This document shows, piece by piece, positions 23,873 to 26,215 of a stretch of DNA of 26,215 nucleotides. The DNA is from a virus (Duplodnaviria; Caudoviricetes). The stretch is from positions 1 to 26,215 of IMG/VR virus record IMGVR_UViG_3300035491_000117; one strand, 5' to 3'. Every line of letters starts with the position of its first letter. The first letter of the stretch is position 1. The notes below the pieces were generated by a model. That model was not told the DNA's origin and searched no databases. It saw nothing but the letters and a program-made list of their open reading frames with translations. A program made the translations under genes and the position numbers.

Positions 23873-26145
23873 TACTCCATCCCCCAATCTTCATCATCAT
23901 CATCCTCAAGAACAGTTATGAAATCATCCTCATCCAACGTATCATCCTCAGCAAAAGGTGCCGTCGGTAACGCATCCGCATCTTCCGGTGTATAGATATC
24001 ACTAATCAACCTGACATATTTACTATCCACCTGGAATATACCGAGTGATTCAAGAATCATGTAAAACGATTCAAGAATCTCGTAGGTCAGACGACGGATG
24101 TCGATCATACACATCACTTCTTCCGGCATTCCAGTACCCGCCAAGATCTGTATAGGTAGAAGGAGTGTGCGAATCTGATCACGATCGTTCTTAACACAAT
24201 ACTCTCTTAGACGGTCAGCAAATTCCTTATCCATCGTATCAATGGTTTCTAGCCAGTTCTTCATATCCGTCTTATTACGGATAGCCAGAGGGACTTTGAT
24301 GACACCGTAAGGAGGCGTATCGACGGTACCGTATTTGGGGGCAAAGACTTCTTGCCACATCCAATAGTGACGGTAGTTAGATTTCTCCATGTTACTATAG
24401 GAAGCCTGGATCTGACCAGATTTCAGATAGGTGTGTTCTCCACGTTTAATGGAGTTATAGATATCCTGCTCATGGCCCCATACCTGACGATACAGTTCAT
24501 CTAAGGTAAACTGACGACCTTCGTCTGCTCTGTGCATGACTTCTTTCATCAGTTTCTTAGCGGATTTGATCACTTTAGGCGGTACGGTAGAAGAACGTAG
24601 TGCCACACCTTTGATTTCCATGTCATATTCGGAATAAACGTTTCCTTCACGAGCAGACATGAATGCATAGTAGTGTTTGGCACGGTTAGTTAAGACGAAT
24701 ACTGGGAAAGCATATTCGTTTTTCATTGACAAACGATGAAGTTCTTCTTTAACCACCCCCATATTGGTGGAGAGTTGTGCCAGAGCATGAATGATACATT
24801 GACTTGAGATATACGTGGTTGTGTACCAGATCCCATCGCCTTCTTTGGAGCGGGTGTAGTTACCTGTGTACCACTTAACCCAGTCCTGAGTGGTAAAGAT
24901 CGTCGAGTCCGTATCCGACGCCAACACCACTCGCCGTTGAATACCACGGATATTTGCTACGGTCGGGCAGAGTAGTTTTGGGGTCAGGAAAGTCCTGATG
25001 AAAGACTTGTACTTAGTGATGACTGATTGGATGTTGTACGCTGTCTTAGCTATGGTGACGAGGGTATCGATCTTACCCGCCTGCTTAAGACTATCAAAAC
25101 TCTCACCTTTTGCCAGATCAGCATTCAGATACGTTGCCAGTACCGTAATATCGCCATCGAAGGTCTTACCTGTCAGCAACGCATAAGGATCATCTAGGCC
25201 ATCGTATTCGCGCTGATCATTGGATGGATCGTATTTTATCAAAGAATCCATCCAATTACGGACAACAGCGTCGTTATACTTGGTGATGTGGTACAAATCA
25301 CCTGTGTAGACGATGATAGCACGCTGGATGCCTGACAATTTACTGATGAAATCTTCGATACGACTAAACTGTCGCTTGGAAGACCAGTATAACGAGGTAG
25401 AACGACGGACACATTCGATCGTCTCAGCTACACTCGGATAAATCATTCCATATTCACGGATAGTGGTATCGAATTCATCTTCTGGCTGTGATGTCAATAA
25501 CGCCAGTAAGTTGGCTATGGTCACTTCAGGTGACCAATAATGACGACTACCTGCCAACAACCGTTCGTTACACGCATTACCATACCCGGTCGCTGAACGA
25601 CACATGGAGGTAAGGGAACTATGGCCAGATTTCACATAAAGGATGTTACCAGAGAAACCATGCATACCAGAGAGCGAATTGATACCGATCTTCTTGGCGT
25701 TTTGTTCCGCATCCTTAATTTTCTCGAGTACATGGTCCTTAGCTACTTTAGCCTTGAACATCTCGTTCTTAGCTACTTTACGGCCAGCGATACCAGCTTC
25801 CACAAACAGTGCAGAAGGTGATTTGACTACATGTGGATTCTCATAACAGACCATCGAAGGTGACAGGATTCGATTGGTATCAGTCACCGTACGTATGTAG
25901 TCCAACAAGTTTAGTTCAGTACGAATACGATTACCAGGACTCTCTTGCATCAATACATCCATCTTGGGATCTTTGATGGGAAATTTACCGGTCCTGGCTA
26001 GAGTTCGTTTCAAAAAGTCTCGACACTCTTCCTCAGATCTACTCGTCATCACTTTAAGGAATAAGGTATTTTGCTCAAAATACCCCTTAAGGAGATTGAG
26101 GTCTCGTGTATATTGCTCTTTTGGCAATACGAATGGATTTTCCAT
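23872..26145 (-). CDS. Family-B DNA polymerase, polymerase-domain subunit (phiKZ gp50-like)
   Basis: 757 aa. Motif B KKIGINSLSG, motif C LASDTDST, AKHYY, EIKGV. GGAG RBS. Acidic tail. No recognisable N-terminal exonuclease domain, consistent with the split polymerase of phiKZ-like phages. Confidence 0.88.
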   Translation of the reverse strand: MENPFVLPKEQYTRDLNLLKGYFEQNTLFLKVMTSRSEEECRDFLKRTLARTGKFPIKDPKMDVLMQESPGNRIRTELNLLDYIRTVTDTNRILSPSMVCYENPHVVKSPSALFVEAGIAGRKVAKNEMFKAKVAKDHVLEKIKDAEQNAKKIGINSLSGMHGFSGNILYVKSGHSSLTSMCRSATGYGNACNERLLAGSRHYWSPEVTIANLLALLTSQPEDEFDTTIREYGMIYPSVAETIECVRRSTSLYWSSKRQFSRIEDFISKLSGIQRAIIVYTGDLYHITKYNDAVVRNWMDSLIKYDPSNDQREYDGLDDPYALLTGKTFDGDITVLATYLNADLAKGESFDSLKQAGKIDTLVTIAKTAYNIQSVITKYKSFIRTFLTPKLLCPTVANIRGIQRRVVLASDTDSTIFTTQDWVKWYTGNYTRSKEGDGIWYTTTYISSQCIIHALAQLSTNMGVVKEELHRLSMKNEYAFPVFVLTNRAKHYYAFMSAREGNVYSEYDMEIKGVALRSSTVPPKVIKSAKKLMKEVMHRADEGRQFTLDELYRQVWGHEQDIYNSIKRGEHTYLKSGQIQASYSNMEKSNYRHYWMWQEVFAPKYGTVDTPPYGVIKVPLAIRNKTDMKNWLETIDTMDKEFADRLREYCVKNDRDQIRTLLLPIQILAGTGMPEEVMCMIDIRRLTYEILESFYMILESLGIFQVDSKYVRLISDIYTPEDADALPTAPFAEDDTLDEDDFITVLEDDDDEDWGME

Positions 26146-26215
26146 GAGAACGACTCCGTTATTTATCTCTGTTCATACTAGAGGTCGCTCTATTTTTTAA
26201 AGACAAGAAAAAAAA

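Noticed and set aside
1-26215. tRNA, rRNA, CRISPR array, transposase or integrase
   Set aside because: None recognised by eye. Intergenic gaps are short and explained by hairpins, promoters or introns. A tRNAscan/Infernal run would be needed to exclude them formally.

Overview
Core-genome block of a nucleus-forming, phiKZ-like jumbo phage (Chimalliviridae-type), almost all on the minus strand. Gene order matches the phiKZ gp50-gp75 region as I recall it: family-B DNA polymerase, an opposite-strand virion protein, chimallin (nuclear shell), non-virion RNA polymerase (nvRNAP) beta'-N subunit, several conserved hypotheticals, SbcD/Mre11 nuclease, ChmC-like RNA-binding protein, sigma-like nvRNAP subunit, PicA/Imp1-like import factor, nvRNAP beta-C and beta'-C subunits, and an SF2 helicase running off the left edge. 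Two features are missed by the ORF track. (1) The RNAP catalytic motif NADFDGD is split by two tandem, related group I introns (18530-18880, ORF-less; 17473-18514, HNH-encoding), leaving a 15-nt micro-exon (18515-18529) that encodes A-D-F-D-G. (2) The helicase Walker A motif carries a 342-aa LAGLIDADG intein that starts with Met and has the class-3 W-C-T signature. There is also a recurring post-stop CGGCATAGAG box plus hairpin, and two candidate phage promoter motifs. Orthologue names rest on motifs, size and remembered synteny; no database search was run.
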